Assembly (NCBI GenBank): GCA_013265495.1
Contig: MU058009.1
Location: 3,553,780-3,617,779, forward strand
Length of the DNA stretch: 64,000 nt
Origin: Vicugna vicugna
Lineage: Eukaryota
Direction: 5' to 3'
The position numbers were made by a program, and so were the translations under genes. Each line of letters begins with the position of its first letter. Positions within the stretch are counted from its first letter, which is position 1. Positions 62,860 through 64,000 of the stretch are shown here, piece by piece. Below the pieces are notes generated by a model. The model was given only the letters and a program-made list of their open reading frames with translations. It made no database searches and was not told where the DNA came from.

Positions 62860-63223
62860 TGTAGTAACGTGTTCAGGCTGCTTTAACAGAGTACCACGCG
62901 CTGGTGGGGTAAACAGGGCTGGGGGCTGGGGACTGGGGGCCCCGGAGCAGCGGGGTGGCAGCTCCAGCCCCTCCTGAGACCCCTCTCCGTGGCTTGCATT
63001 CAGCCACCTTCTCGCAGCGTCCTCACACGGTCTTCCGTCTGTTCACCTGCCTCTGGTGTCTCTCCTCTTCTTAAAGGGACACCAGTCAGATTGCATTAGG
63101 GCCCACTCATATGACTTTCTTTTACGTTAATTATCCCTGAAAAGTCCTTATCTCCAAATAGTCTGAGATGCTGGGAGTTAGGACTTCAACATACGATTTT
63201 GGGGAGACACAACTCAGCCTGTA
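62860..63223 (-). mobile_element. MLT1A/B/C-like ERVL-MaLR LTR
   Basis: ggctgctttaacagagtaccac...ggacaccagtcagattgcattagggccca...ttaggacttcaacata...ttttggggagacacaactcagcc. Confidence 0.88.
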
Positions 63224-63269
63224 GAGCTTTTCATCATGCCCTGCTATCCGTGGGCACGGTAATGGTAGT

Positions 63270-63740
63270 AGAAATAATAATAACAAGAAACTCCTAAAAC
63301 ACAGTATTTGCTCTATGCCACGCGCTATTCCAAACCCTTAAAAATATTATCTCATCCTCAAGCTTAAACTTAAGCTACTGGCCGTGGACCTTCCGCTAGT
63401 ACGTAGATCCAGGACTCGAGCCCAGGCAGTCCGGCTCTGCATCTCTGCTCTCAGCCTCTCTGCTCACTCTTACTGCTGATAATAATCACATTTACTGAGA
63501 TTCCATACGTGCCGGGCACGATCTCAAGAGCTTCGTGGCTATTATCTCATTTAATTCCCACCACAATCCCTCAGAAGGCAAGTGTTCAAAGTCTCCCTCT
63601 TACAGGCAGAAATAGATGTTGACGAGATAAATGGGCCGGCTCCAGGTCGCAAAGCTAGTGACCATCAGAGTCAGGGCATGAATGCCAGTCTGTCTGACTA
63701 CACAAAGCCACGTTCTCAACCATCACACGGCGCTACCTCC
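63270..63740 (-). mobile_element. Two adjacent MIR SINEs
   Basis: tatgccacgcgctattcc...ggactcgagcccaggcagtcc; catttactgag...gtgccgggcac...tctcatttaattccc...tctgtctgact. Confidence 0.75.
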
Positions 63741-64000
63741 TGACCCTCAGAAGACAGGAAATCCCTGTCTCTAGAGGGAACCAGTGGCTGTGTTTTCCCT
63801 AACTTGGCTCAGTAGGAGACACTTTAAGCAAATATCATAACTTTCTATGCCTTGGTTTCCCCACAGGGGAAATAGAATTAAATTGACCCAAAAAATGGGG
63901 CGAGGAGTAAAAAGCTCTTCTTTGAAATGCTGGGGAAAGGATGGTTTATCAAGTATCATACAATTTCCAGTTTCACTTTGGGAAGAAGCGTCTTGCTTTG

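Larger units (their letters stand above)
8889..64000 (+). other. NTM: NTM intron 1 (5' part)
   Basis: GT donor at 8889-8890; no VPVRSGDATFPK-like exon or Ig-domain sequence seen downstream; IgLON first introns are known to be very large. Confidence 0.85.

Noticed and set aside
1..64000. A novel multi-gene or prokaryote-style system
   Set aside because: No operon-like ORF clusters, RNA genes or foreign-looking segments; one NTM exon, intron and mammalian repeats explain the content

Overview
Mammalian genomic DNA, probably camelid: it carries tRNA-Ala-derived SINEs resembling the camelid Vic-1 family and artiodactyl-type L1 3' ends. The only supportable protein-coding sequence is an 82-nt signal-peptide first exon (8807-8888, +, MKTIQAKMHNSLSWAIFTGLAALFLFQ/G) followed by a canonical GTAAGA donor. 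I recognise it as the distal first exon (1a) of neurotrimin (NTM, IgLON family). About 8.5 kb upstream is flank and promoter; 8889 to the end is the start of a very large first intron filled with decayed repeats (L1, L2, MIR, MER5, MER53, MLT1, a pogo/Tigger relic). The other ORFs in the track are chance ORFs or transposon remnants. I found no convincing novel biological system. The best second-look items are two apparent twin-primed 5'-inverted L1s, an L1 with a non-standard 3' tail, a target site used twice, a bulge-free intronic hairpin, the NTM 1a promoter/uORF layout, and CpG-rich old repeats suggesting GC-biased gene conversion. Repeat family names come from recalled consensus sequences, not a database search, and repeat boundaries are approximate.
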